Shown: piece by piece, positions 32,715-41,141 of the stretch
Position numbering within the stretch: the first letter of the stretch is position 1
Layout of the letters: each line of letters opens with the position of its first letter
Source: Bdellovibrionales bacterium
GTDB taxonomy: Bacteria; Bdellovibrionota; Bdellovibrionia; Bdellovibrionales; JAUICD01
Direction: 5' to 3'
Assembly (NCBI GenBank): GCA_965203275.1
Contig: OZ241865.1
Location: 1,600,001-1,664,000, forward strand
DNA: 64,000 nucleotides
Translations under genes and position numbers: made by a program
The notes under the pieces: generated by a model
The model's database searches: none
What the model was told of the DNA's origin: nothing
Seen by the model: only the letters and a program-made list of their open reading frames with translations

Positions 32715-34583
32715 ATGAAAAAGATTGTTAAATCCAAAGCACAACTTAAAAACTTAAAGATTGAAAAACCATCTAATAATCTTATTATCTTTAAACCTAA
32801 GATCGATTCAAGTTTACAAAAAATACCTGGAAAAGAAACACTAACTCCTGCGGAACAAGATGCTCATTTAATGGATGCTGTTACATCTAAGTCTTTACTT
32901 TCTCAAACCCAATTAGCAAAAGCCAAAGAATATCAGAGAACTCATAATACTTCCTTTTCTGATGCTCTTGTGGAGTTGGGATATTTAACAAATCAACAAT
33001 TTCATAGTTTAATAAATAAAGAACAAGGTGTTGAATTTGCTGATCTTTCTACCTTTAATATCCCCAATGAAGTTCTGAATATTTTATCTCAAGAAATGTG
33101 TTCAAGGTATTGCGTAATTCCTATTTCAAAAGTAGGTCATACTGTTGTATTGGCTATTTATGATTTTCATAATATGAGTATTAAAGATAACTTGAGCCGA
33201 ATTATCAAATACAGAATTAAATTTGTAAAATCTTCCAGGCATGACATTGAAGATGCTATTCAAAGACACTTTCACAAAGATAAAAAAGAAGAGTTTTCAT
33301 ATATAGATATTTTAACAGAAATTGAAAATCAATTTTTCACTCAAAAAGACAAAAAAGTTGTTAAAGAAGAAAAGATACAGCTATTAGATCAAGTCTCTGA
33401 AGAGAACAACACACCTGTTATTCGCCTTTTGAATATGTTGATCTTGAAGGCTATTAAAAATAGGGTTTCTGATATTCATATCGAACCTTATGAGAAAAAA
33501 CTACGTGTAAGATTTCGTATAGATGGTACTTTACATGAAGAATTAACCCTTCCTAATTTTGTTGTTAATCAATTTGTTAGCCGTGTAAAGGTTTTGTGTC
33601 AAATGGATATTTCTGAAAAACGTAAGCCACAGGATGGAAGATTTAAAGTAGCTACAAGAGATATAGAAAAGCTTGACTTCCGTGTTAGCGTTCTGCCCAC
33701 AATGTTTGGAGAAAAATGTGTTCTAAGGCTTTTGGATAATTCTAACTTACAAGTAGATATGACCAAGCTGGGTTTTGAACCAGGAGAATTGGAAATTTTT
33801 CAAGAAAATATTAAAAAACCTTATGGAATGCTTTTAGTGACAGGTCCTACTGGTAGTGGGAAAACCACTACATTGTACTCAGCACTTTCTGAGTTGAATA
33901 AACCTCATATTAATTTATCTACAGTGGAAGACCCTGTGGAGTTTAATCTTTTTGGTATCAATCAAGTACAAGTCAACCCTGCTTATAATGTGAATTTTGC
34001 TTCTGTTTTAAGGAGCTTTTTAAGACAAGACCCAGATGTTATTATGGTAGGGGAGATTCGAGACTGTGAAACTCTTGAAATTGCTATCAAGGCTTCCCTG
34101 ACAGGCCATCTTGTCTTAAGTACACTGCACACAAATGATGCTCCTTCCACGCTCAATCGTATGATTGATATGGGAGCAAAGCCTTTTATGATTGCAGCTT
34201 CTATTAATATGATTGTAGCACAGAGATTGGTAAGAAAGGTCTGTTATCATTGCTCTCGATTTATTAAAGTGGAAAAGAAAATTCTTGACAACTTAGGGTT
34301 TACAGAAAAAGAACTTGAGGAAAATATAAAAATTGTTAAAGGGGATGGTTGTGATAAATGCAATCATATTGGCTATAAAGGGCGTATTGCTATTTTTGAA
34401 GTTTTAAATGTGAACGATGACATCAAACATGGTTGTATACAAGAACTTTCTAGTGAGGAGTTAAAGAAACTTGCTATCAAATCGGGTATGCAGTCCCTAA
34501 GACGTTCAGCTCTCAACAAGCTCAAAGAAGGACTCACAACAATAGAAGAAGTTATAAATGTCACAAAAAAAGACGACTCTTGA
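32715..34583 (+). CDS. pilB: Type IV pilus assembly ATPase (PilB/GspE family)
   Basis: SDIHIEP, GPTGSGKTT, LRQDPDVIMVGEIRD, tetracysteine motif. Confidence 0.88.
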   Translation: MKKIVKSKAQLKNLKIEKPSNNLIIFKPKIDSSLQKIPGKETLTPAEQDAHLMDAVTSKSLLSQTQLAKAKEYQRTHNTSFSDALVELGYLTNQQFHSLINKEQGVEFADLSTFNIPNEVLNILSQEMCSRYCVIPISKVGHTVVLAIYDFHNMSIKDNLSRIIKYRIKFVKSSRHDIEDAIQRHFHKDKKEEFSYIDILTEIENQFFTQKDKKVVKEEKIQLLDQVSEENNTPVIRLLNMLILKAIKNRVSDIHIEPYEKKLRVRFRIDGTLHEELTLPNFVVNQFVSRVKVLCQMDISEKRKPQDGRFKVATRDIEKLDFRVSVLPTMFGEKCVLRLLDNSNLQVDMTKLGFEPGELEIFQENIKKPYGMLLVTGPTGSGKTTTLYSALSELNKPHINLSTVEDPVEFNLFGINQVQVNPAYNVNFASVLRSFLRQDPDVIMVGEIRDCETLEIAIKASLTGHLVLSTLHTNDAPSTLNRMIDMGAKPFMIAASINMIVAQRLVRKVCYHCSRFIKVEKKILDNLGFTEKELEENIKIVKGDGCDKCNHIGYKGRIAIFEVLNVNDDIKHGCIQELSSEELKKLAIKSGMQSLRRSALNKLKEGLTTIEEVINVTKKDDS

Positions 34584-34616
34584 CTTTGTTAAAATAATTT
34601 GACATTATAAGGCATT

Positions 34617-36020
34617 ATGAGAGTTTTAGTGACAGGTGCAACAGGTCTTATAGGTCGTCGTCTTTGTGAAGCCCTTCTTTACGCTGGACATCAAGTTACT
34701 GTTGTCACTCGTTCTAAAGATAAATACACCACACAGGTTGGCTTACCTGCTTTTATTATAGAACATGATCTGACAAAAGCACCTCTTCCATCTTCATCTA
34801 TTTTAGAATCCATAGAAGTGATTGTCCATTTAGCAGGAGAAAATATCAATCAGGCTAGATGGTCCACAAAGTTCAAACAAAAGCTCTACGAATCCAGAAT
34901 AAACACTGCCAATAATCTTTTAGATTCTTTTACTTGCCTTAAAAAACACAATATTTCACTGATCATCAGTGCATCAGGTATTAACATTTATAAACCTGCG
35001 GATAAAAAATGTGATGAACAAATGCCTATAGATCAAGGCACTTCTTTTTTATCTCGCCTTTGTCATGCATGGGAAAAATCTATCCAAGAAAAAGGCCATC
35101 ACCTCACTCCTAGAATTATTCATGCACGCATAGGACCTGTGCTAGCTAGGGATGGTGGCATGCTTGATCAAATTGAACATATTGCAAGAGCTGGTCTCTT
35201 AGGCAACATGCCAGAAGATTTTTATTTAAGCTGGATAGATATAGAAGATATTATCAGAGGTTTTTTATTTTGCATTGACAATTCTAAAATACAAGGTGCG
35301 GTCAACTTCACATCACCTATGCCTTGCCTTTATTCTCATTTTATCGAAGTACTTAATCAAACATTTCAGAAGAAAACTTTTATAGCTCCTCCAAAGTTGC
35401 TTTTATCTCTCTTACGTGGAGAGGTTATGGATGAGCTGACAAAAAGTTATCAAATTTTACCTCAGAAACTTCTAGACCAAAATTTTGAATTTCATTTCCC
35501 TAAAATAGAAGATTCTATTCACAACCTTTATAAGAATTTTTTATTGCCTTTGCGGTTCGAATGCTCACAATGGATATCTAAAGATAAAAAGTCTGTTTTT
35601 GATTTTTTTTCTTCAGTAGAAAATTTGAAAAAAATCACACCTCCTCATTTTAAATTCCATTTTATAGATCCGCTCCCTCAAAGCATAAAAGAAAACACAG
35701 AAATAAACTATCGGGTTTATATTTATGGTATGAATGTTCAATCTCAAACCAAAATCACTTCTTATCATCCTCCTGATTCCTTTACAGATGAACAGAGCAA
35801 AGGCTTCTTTCACAAATGGCAACATACACATCAATTTATATCGCTTGCTGGTGGAACTTGGATTAAAGATCAAGTCAACTATCAGCTTCCCTACAGGTTA
35901 GATTTAATAGGTGGTCGTTTGGTTGCATCTGAAATCAAAAAATTATTTGATTATCGGAAAAAAGCAATTTCTCAACTCCTTCATAGCAATCACTCCGCAG
36001 TCACTTCAGAAAAGAGTTAG
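34617..36020 (+). CDS. TIGR01777-like NAD-dependent epimerase fused to C-terminal SRPBCC domain
   Basis: VTGATGLIG, HLAGENI; VFDFFS...NLKKITPP...WQHTHQF. Confidence 0.85.
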   Translation: MRVLVTGATGLIGRRLCEALLYAGHQVTVVTRSKDKYTTQVGLPAFIIEHDLTKAPLPSSSILESIEVIVHLAGENINQARWSTKFKQKLYESRINTANNLLDSFTCLKKHNISLIISASGINIYKPADKKCDEQMPIDQGTSFLSRLCHAWEKSIQEKGHHLTPRIIHARIGPVLARDGGMLDQIEHIARAGLLGNMPEDFYLSWIDIEDIIRGFLFCIDNSKIQGAVNFTSPMPCLYSHFIEVLNQTFQKKTFIAPPKLLLSLLRGEVMDELTKSYQILPQKLLDQNFEFHFPKIEDSIHNLYKNFLLPLRFECSQWISKDKKSVFDFFSSVENLKKITPPHFKFHFIDPLPQSIKENTEINYRVYIYGMNVQSQTKITSYHPPDSFTDEQSKGFFHKWQHTHQFISLAGGTWIKDQVNYQLPYRLDLIGGRLVASEIKKLFDYRKKAISQLLHSNHSAVTSEKS

Positions 36021-36074
36021 GTTTGTATATATGTTAAACATAAGAAGGTTGCTGATCTTAGAAATATTTTGTTT

Positions 36075-36632
36075 TTAGAAACATTCTGTTTCTTTATTCC
36101 ATAAGTTATAATCTTTTTCATTGGGCCATTTTTCATTATCTTCTTTAAGTGCTTCAATAATTTCACTTAATTGAGGTTTTTCTTCTTTTAAGTTGGCTAG
36201 AATATGATTTTTCTGATTTTCAGGATCTTTCTTATTTTTATGCTCTTTCTTATTTTCAAGATCTGTTTTATTTTCAGGGTATTTGTAAGATAATACATTT
36301 TCTAGAGCTTTAAAAACAAGATATGCATTTTCAGATTCAAAAGAAAAATGCCGTATTGTATTATTTGCTATCCTTATCAATTCTTCTTCGACTTTGTATG
36401 GGTTTTCATCTGGATGGGATGAAGGTTTTAAATCTTCTAAATCTTTTTTATAATGTTTGTAAATATTAAAATACCGATCACTCAATCTCTGACATTTTAT
36501 ACGATCGTTTTGTTCTTTTATTATCCCATTTTGTTCTTTTATTATCATACACTGATAACACATAAAAACAGCTATAATAGCTTGTATAACAACCAACAAC
36601 CAATTTTTAATATTTAAACCCTCAATATTCAT
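36075..36632 (-). CDS. Hypothetical membrane-anchored protein
   Basis: N-terminal TM, duplicated IIKEQN; downstream of the 36762 gene. Confidence 0.6.
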   Translation of the reverse strand: MNIEGLNIKNWLLVVIQAIIAVFMCYQCMIIKEQNGIIKEQNDRIKCQRLSDRYFNIYKHYKKDLEDLKPSSHPDENPYKVEEELIRIANNTIRHFSFESENAYLVFKALENVLSYKYPENKTDLENKKEHKNKKDPENQKNHILANLKEEKPQLSEIIEALKEDNEKWPNEKDYNLWNKETECF

Positions 36633-36761
36633 TTTTATTCTCTTTATTTTTCTTCTTTAAATATTTCATTCATTATAGTCTCCTTTTTTATGGGATCTCC
36701 CTCACGACCTGAGTTTGACAGTTATAAAAGAGCTATTTCTAGCATAAGATCAGCTGGTGCT

Positions 36762-37142
36762 TTACTTAGATATGAGCCTAATTAGCTCTTTGAAGTTTTG
36801 ATCAATCTTCTGGTTTTGTTCTTTTATATCATTTTTTATTTCTTTTTGATTTTCTTTTAATTCTTCGATCTGTATGTTCTGCCTTTCTTCCAATTCTTTG
36901 ATCTGTTTAGGGATTTGTTCTTTTATATCATTTATATTATTTCTTATTTCCTTTTGATTTTCTTTTAACTCTTTGATCTGAATGTTCTGCTTTTCTTCCA
37001 ATTTTCTGATCTGTGTAGGGATATGATTACATAACTGATCCTTAAAGTTACCAGCCAAATAAGCAATATAAATGGCAATTAAAAGAGTGCCTTCATCTGA
37101 AACATTAGATAATACGCTAAAAAAATCTGATAAAAAATTCAT
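36762..37142 (-). CDS. Small membrane-anchored coiled-coil protein, NH[I/L]PTQ family
   Basis: TM segment, CNHIPTQI, internal duplication LEE.QNIQI.ELKENQKEI.N. Confidence 0.8.
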   Translation of the reverse strand: MNFLSDFFSVLSNVSDEGTLLIAIYIAYLAGNFKDQLCNHIPTQIRKLEEKQNIQIKELKENQKEIRNNINDIKEQIPKQIKELEERQNIQIEELKENQKEIKNDIKEQNQKIDQNFKELIRLISK

Positions 37143-37162
37143 ATATTAATACCTCACTTATA

Positions 37163-37191
37163 ATCGTATTTCAAATATGAGATATTGTCAA
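37163..37191 (-). promoter_or_regulatory. Sigma70-type promoter of the 36762 gene
   Basis: TTGACA-17 nt-TACGAT, then GAGG RBS. Confidence 0.6.
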
Positions 37192-37225
37192 ATTTCACTA
37201 ATTATTTGTGACGACATGCATCGTT

Positions 37226-37535
37226 TGTCTCACTAAAAGTGGTCTGACCTCTGGTCACTTTCTGGTTGCCAGCCGAAGGCTATCGCCTTCTTATCTTTTT
37301 CACTAAAAATAAACCAGCCTCTGGCTGTTTTTGGGCATTGCTCTGACAGCTTACGCTGTCTAAAAAGAGCAATGCCTCAAAAATCCGTTTATTTTTAGTA
37401 GGGAGGATCCCTTCGTTTCTTAACACCATGTTAAGGAAAAAGTTCCTTCATCACTTGCTGGCAACCTAGAAAGCTTGACCACTTTTAGTAGGGAGGATCT
37501 CCTCGTCTCTTGACTACATGTTAAGGAAAAAGTTC
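37226..37535 (-). mobile_element. Family-A element nested inside a second family-A element
   Basis: Outer stem 37232-37244/37477-37489; inner stem 37302-37314/37387-37399; two heads ending GTTAAGGAAAAAGTTC. Confidence 0.85.
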
Positions 37536-37627
37536 GTATTTTTGTTTTTTTATTTTTTTAGATTCTGCGTAATTCTCAAAAAAAATATAAATATTATGAG
37601 TGGGAGGCGGAGGCAGGCTGGAGGAGT

Positions 37628-37965
37628 TGTCTCACTAAAAGTAAACTGGCCTCTGGCCACTTTTGAGCTGGATCTTCAATTTATTTCTTAAATTTCAAAA
37701 TCATTGCCCTGAGACCAGACTCTTTCCCATTCATATCATTAGCTTTTAAAAAACTTCATCTTATTGGGCTTTGAATTTCTGTACTTACAAATAAAAAATC
37801 TGGATGCGAATGGTAATGGACAATGACCGCAAAGGCTTTCGCCGTCGATCAAAGGCTAACTGTCCAAAAGCAACCAGAGGTTGGTTTACTTTTAGTGAAA
37901 CAGAGGTGTGGCTCATTTTGAGTGAAAATGATGGCTAGTTCAATTTTAGGGAAACAGAGGCTGGG
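37628..37965. repeat. Family-A fragments and stacked right ends
   Basis: CACTAAAAGTAAACTGGCCTCTGGCCA near 37633; CAACCAGAGGTTGGTTTACTTTTAGTGAAA and further ends from about 37870. Confidence 0.7.
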
Positions 37966-37977
37966 AAATGATGGCGT

Positions 37978-38006
37978 TTGACTTTCATAAAAATGCAAGG
38001 TATCAT
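37978..38006 (+). promoter_or_regulatory. Sigma70-type promoter of the 38062 gene
   Basis: TTGACT-17 nt-TATCAT; GGAGGT RBS at 38051. Confidence 0.6.
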
Positions 38007-38061
38007 ATTAATTAAAAGTCATGTAATATCTTAAAAAACTTATAATTTATGGAGGTATTTT

Positions 38062-38502
38062 ATGGAAATTGCCGTTATAACAATCTTTTTTACTGTGACA
38101 GCTTGGTATTTAAATAGATCTTTTGCTTATATGGACAAAAGATTCGATCTTTTAAGAGATGATTCTAATAAAAAGTTTGATGAGTTTAGGAATGCATCGG
38201 ATAAAAAGTTTGATGAGTTTAGAAACGCATCGGATAAAAAACTTGATGAGTTTAGAAACGCATCGGATAAAAAACTTGATGAGTTTAGAAACGCATCGGA
38301 TAAAAAGTTTGATGATTTTAAATATTTTTTTAAGGAATTATTAGAGTCAAAAATTTCTCCTATTAATGAAAAATTAAATAATCATATCACTGATACTGAT
38401 AAAAAAATTGATGATCTTAAAGCTGATGTAAAGGCACTTAATTCCAAGATGGATGAAGGATTTAAAGAAATCAAAGCTTTAATTCAACAATTACAAAGAT
38501 AA
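38062..38502 (+). CDS. Small membrane-anchored coiled-coil protein with 11-aa tandem repeats (divergent NH[I/L]PTQ family member)
   Basis: TM, (DKK[F/L]DEFRNAS)x4, PINEKLNNHITD, MDEGFKEIKALI. Confidence 0.8.
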   Translation: MEIAVITIFFTVTAWYLNRSFAYMDKRFDLLRDDSNKKFDEFRNASDKKFDEFRNASDKKLDEFRNASDKKLDEFRNASDKKFDDFKYFFKELLESKISPINEKLNNHITDTDKKIDDLKADVKALNSKMDEGFKEIKALIQQLQR

Positions 38503-38513
38503 TGCTTACAATA

Positions 38514-38558
38514 GCCGGGATCCAAGATCCCGGCAGACGGGCAACCCGGCATCAAAAG
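38514..38558 (+). repeat. Family-B GC-rich repeat; hairpin may act as terminator
   Basis: GCCGGGATC-CAA-GATCCCGGC, then GGCAACCCGGCATCAAAA shared with 44987 and 52161. Confidence 0.7.
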
Positions 38559-38569
38559 GGCTGGGATTG

Positions 38570-39463
38570 TTACCACTCTCCTAAATATTTTACTTCTGTT
38601 TTTAGCTGTACACCCATCTTGTCATAGACTATTTTCTGCACACCATTGATCACATAATGAATATCTATGGCCTTAGCCCCTCCAAGATTTACAATAAAAT
38701 TAGCATGTTTTTCAGAAACTTGAGCTTGACCTATTTGAAAACCTTTCATCTCACTTTTTTCAATCCACTGTCCTGCTGTCAAATTGGTATCTTGAGGATT
38801 CACAAATGTAGAACCACAGCTATGATCTTTTAAGGGTTGCTTTGCAATACGTTGTTGTCTAGCTTTTTGAACTCTTTGAGATAAATTTCTAACTTGGGGT
38901 TTAAGCGGCCACCGAAAACCTACTCGAGCAATGATACCAGGACCCCACCTTTCAGAGTTTCTATAAGACCATTTTATTTGAGAAGCCTTTTTTCTCAGTA
39001 GCTTTTGATTGTGAACAACTTCAACCCAATCGACAATTTCAGAAAAATTACGTGGGGATATTTTTTCACTGATACCAGCATTCATCACAACCCCTCCTGA
39101 GACAGTCCCAGGAATACCTGATAAAAAAATAGCAGGTGCTAGTTTGTGCTTTAAAAATTCCTTCATTAAAAGTAGCTTAGACGTCCCCGCAAGACATTCA
39201 ATCTTCAAAAAACCATCTTCTTTAAAAGAAGAAAGCTTTGTAAACTTTCTGAGAGAAATAACAAGCCCTCTCACCCCTCTATCTGAAATCAAGCAATTTG
39301 TTCCACCTGCCAATATGGTTATTGGCCATTTATGGTCTTTGGCCTTGTTTTCTATATGTTTAAGTTCTTCTATATTGCGAGGTTGAGCAAAAAAATCAGC
39401 ACAACCTCCCACACGCCACGTAGAATAAATCGATAAATTGATGTTTTTTTGAATAATTGTCAT
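38570..39463 (-). CDS. murB: UDP-N-acetylenolpyruvoylglucosamine reductase
   Basis: GIPGTVSGGVVMNAG, SCGSTFVNP, SEKHANFIVN. Confidence 0.95.
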   Translation of the reverse strand: MTIIQKNINLSIYSTWRVGGCADFFAQPRNIEELKHIENKAKDHKWPITILAGGTNCLISDRGVRGLVISLRKFTKLSSFKEDGFLKIECLAGTSKLLLMKEFLKHKLAPAIFLSGIPGTVSGGVVMNAGISEKISPRNFSEIVDWVEVVHNQKLLRKKASQIKWSYRNSERWGPGIIARVGFRWPLKPQVRNLSQRVQKARQQRIAKQPLKDHSCGSTFVNPQDTNLTAGQWIEKSEMKGFQIGQAQVSEKHANFIVNLGGAKAIDIHYVINGVQKIVYDKMGVQLKTEVKYLGEW

Positions 39464-39540
39464 TTTAAAGCTCTTTTATGTAAGAATATTTTGCTTGTTC
39501 TTTTAAATTTTATATCCTAACCTTAAGTCAATGTGTCAAT

Positions 39541-39831
39541 ATGTTAAGAAATGAGGATATTCTCTCTACTAAAAATAAACGGATTTTTGAGGCAGTTAGC
39601 CTTTGATCGACGGCGGTAGCCGTCGGGCTAACTGACCAAAAGTAGCCAGAGGTCAGTTCACTTTGAGTGAACCAAAAGGAAATCTTTTTCCTTAACATGG
39701 TGTTAAGAGACGAGGAGATCCTCCTTACTCAAAGTGAACAGGCTTTTGAGACAATGACCATTTTGCCAATGGCGAAAGCCATTGCGGTCATTGTCCAAAA
39801 GTGACCAGAGGTCAGTTCACTTTGAGTGAAA
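39541..39831 (+). mobile_element. Two tandem family-A elements (first chimeric, second complete)
   Basis: Second: stem 39727-39739/39815-39827; first: ACTAAAAATAAAC left arm with GTTCACTTTGAGT right arm. Confidence 0.85.
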
Positions 39832-39890
39832 TAAACCTACTTTAAAAAAAAGATTTTGTAAAATAAATAATATAAAAAAGGAGGCAAAAT

Positions 39891-40508
39891 ATGAAAATCA
39901 TCCCATCAGATGTAGCCCACAAAACTTTTAATAAGAAAGTCTTTGGCTATGATACCAAAGAGGTCTTGGACTTTTTGCAAGCAGTTGCACATGAAATGGA
40001 ATATCTCATCAAAGAAAATAACAATTTCAAAGCCTCTTTAAGAGATAAAGAAATGCAAATTTTAAAACACAAAGAAAGAGACAAAGCCCTCAAGGACACA
40101 ATAGAAACAGCTCAAAAAATGAGCCAAAAGATCAGAGAAGAATCTGACAGAGAAGGCAAACTGATTATCAACGATGCCCAACAGAAAGCAGGTTTTATTA
40201 TTCGTGATGCTAAAGAATCTCTTAAACGCATCTACCATGAAATTAGCGAGCTTAAAAGAACAAAGGTTCAAATTGAAGCTAACTTAAGAGCCCTTCTGCA
40301 AGCTCATTTGCAATTACTTAATGAACAAATTACAGCCCTACCAGAGGTCGCAACTCATGTAGACAGCATGCCACAAACTTTTATTGGTGATGAAACATCT
40401 GAATTTAATGAATCAAATAACAGACCTATAGGACAACCTTCTAAAGGACAACTTCAAAGATTAGAAAAGCCAGATCATAAAACAGCTATTTCCCCGGTAA
40501 GTAGCTGA
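39891..40508 (+). CDS. divIVA: DivIVA domain protein
   Basis: KTFNKKVFGYDTKEVLDFL plus coiled coil. Confidence 0.88.
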   Translation: MKIIPSDVAHKTFNKKVFGYDTKEVLDFLQAVAHEMEYLIKENNNFKASLRDKEMQILKHKERDKALKDTIETAQKMSQKIREESDREGKLIINDAQQKAGFIIRDAKESLKRIYHEISELKRTKVQIEANLRALLQAHLQLLNEQITALPEVATHVDSMPQTFIGDETSEFNESNNRPIGQPSKGQLQRLEKPDHKTAISPVSS

Positions 40509-40738
40509 TTGCTAGCCGAAGGCTTTCGCCTTCTTATCTTTTTCACTAAAAGTAAACTGACCTCTGGTCACTTTTGGATAGCCAGCCCGACGGCTACCGC
40601 CGTCGATCAAAGGCTGGCTATCTCAAAAGTCCGTTTACTTTTAGTAAGGAGGATCTCTTCGTCTCTTTACACGATGTTAAGGAAAAAATTCTTTCATCAA
40701 TGCTGGCAACCTAGAAAGCTTGACCACTTTTAGTGAAA
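40509..40738 (-). mobile_element. Complete family-A element nested in a partial outer element
   Basis: Inner stem 40545-40557/40633-40645; outer flanks nearly identical to those at 37265-37489. Confidence 0.85.
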
Positions 40739-40744
40739 GTCAAA

Positions 40745-40793
40745 TACGTACGGGTAGATGAAAATAAACGAAATTAGATAATAAAAGGCCCGA
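40745..40793 (+). repeat. Family-C bipartite repeat, copy 1
   Basis: TACGTACGGGTAGA-N9-ACGAAATTAGATAATAAAAGGCCCGA. Confidence 0.8.
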
Positions 40794-40991
40794 GAAGAAA
40801 GGATTGAAAATAATACATACAACAAAAAGTATATATATAGGATATTATGTAATGGGCTTCTGACCGATCTCCTCAAAATTGACCTTTCAACTCTCTGAAA
40901 AGTTCTTGATTTGGTGAATGTACGAGATTAGAGAAGAAAATTCAAGGAGGGGAAATTTTGAGGGGGACAATGCACGTATCTCTGAAAAAAG

Positions 40992-41040
40992 TACGTACGG
41001 GTAGACGGACATCGACGAAATTAGATAATAAAAGGCCCGA
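40992..41040 (+). repeat. Family-C bipartite repeat, copy 2
   Basis: Same two boxes with a different 9-nt spacer. Confidence 0.8.
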
Positions 41041-41046
41041 AAATAG

Positions 41047-41075
41047 TTGACAATAGATTCCAGTGGTGTTATCCT
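41047..41075 (+). promoter_or_regulatory. Sigma70-type promoter of the EEP hydrolase gene
   Basis: TTGACA-17 nt-TATCCT with extended TG; AAGGAGG RBS near 41130. Confidence 0.6.
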
Positions 41076-41141
41076 TCGCAAAGGATAATGATTTATATAT
41101 TTATTAATATTTAAAAACCAACAAACAAAAGGAGGTTTGTT

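Noticed and set aside
39685..39831. tRNA, hammerhead ribozyme or group II intron domain V
   Set aside because: No T-loop/anticodon cloverleaf, no CTGATGA core, no domain V consensus on either strand
40509..40733. 74-aa ORF
   Set aside because: Lies entirely within a family-A element
40887..41081. 64-aa minus-strand ORF
   Set aside because: Overlaps a family-C repeat and the EEP promoter; no RBS or recognisable motif
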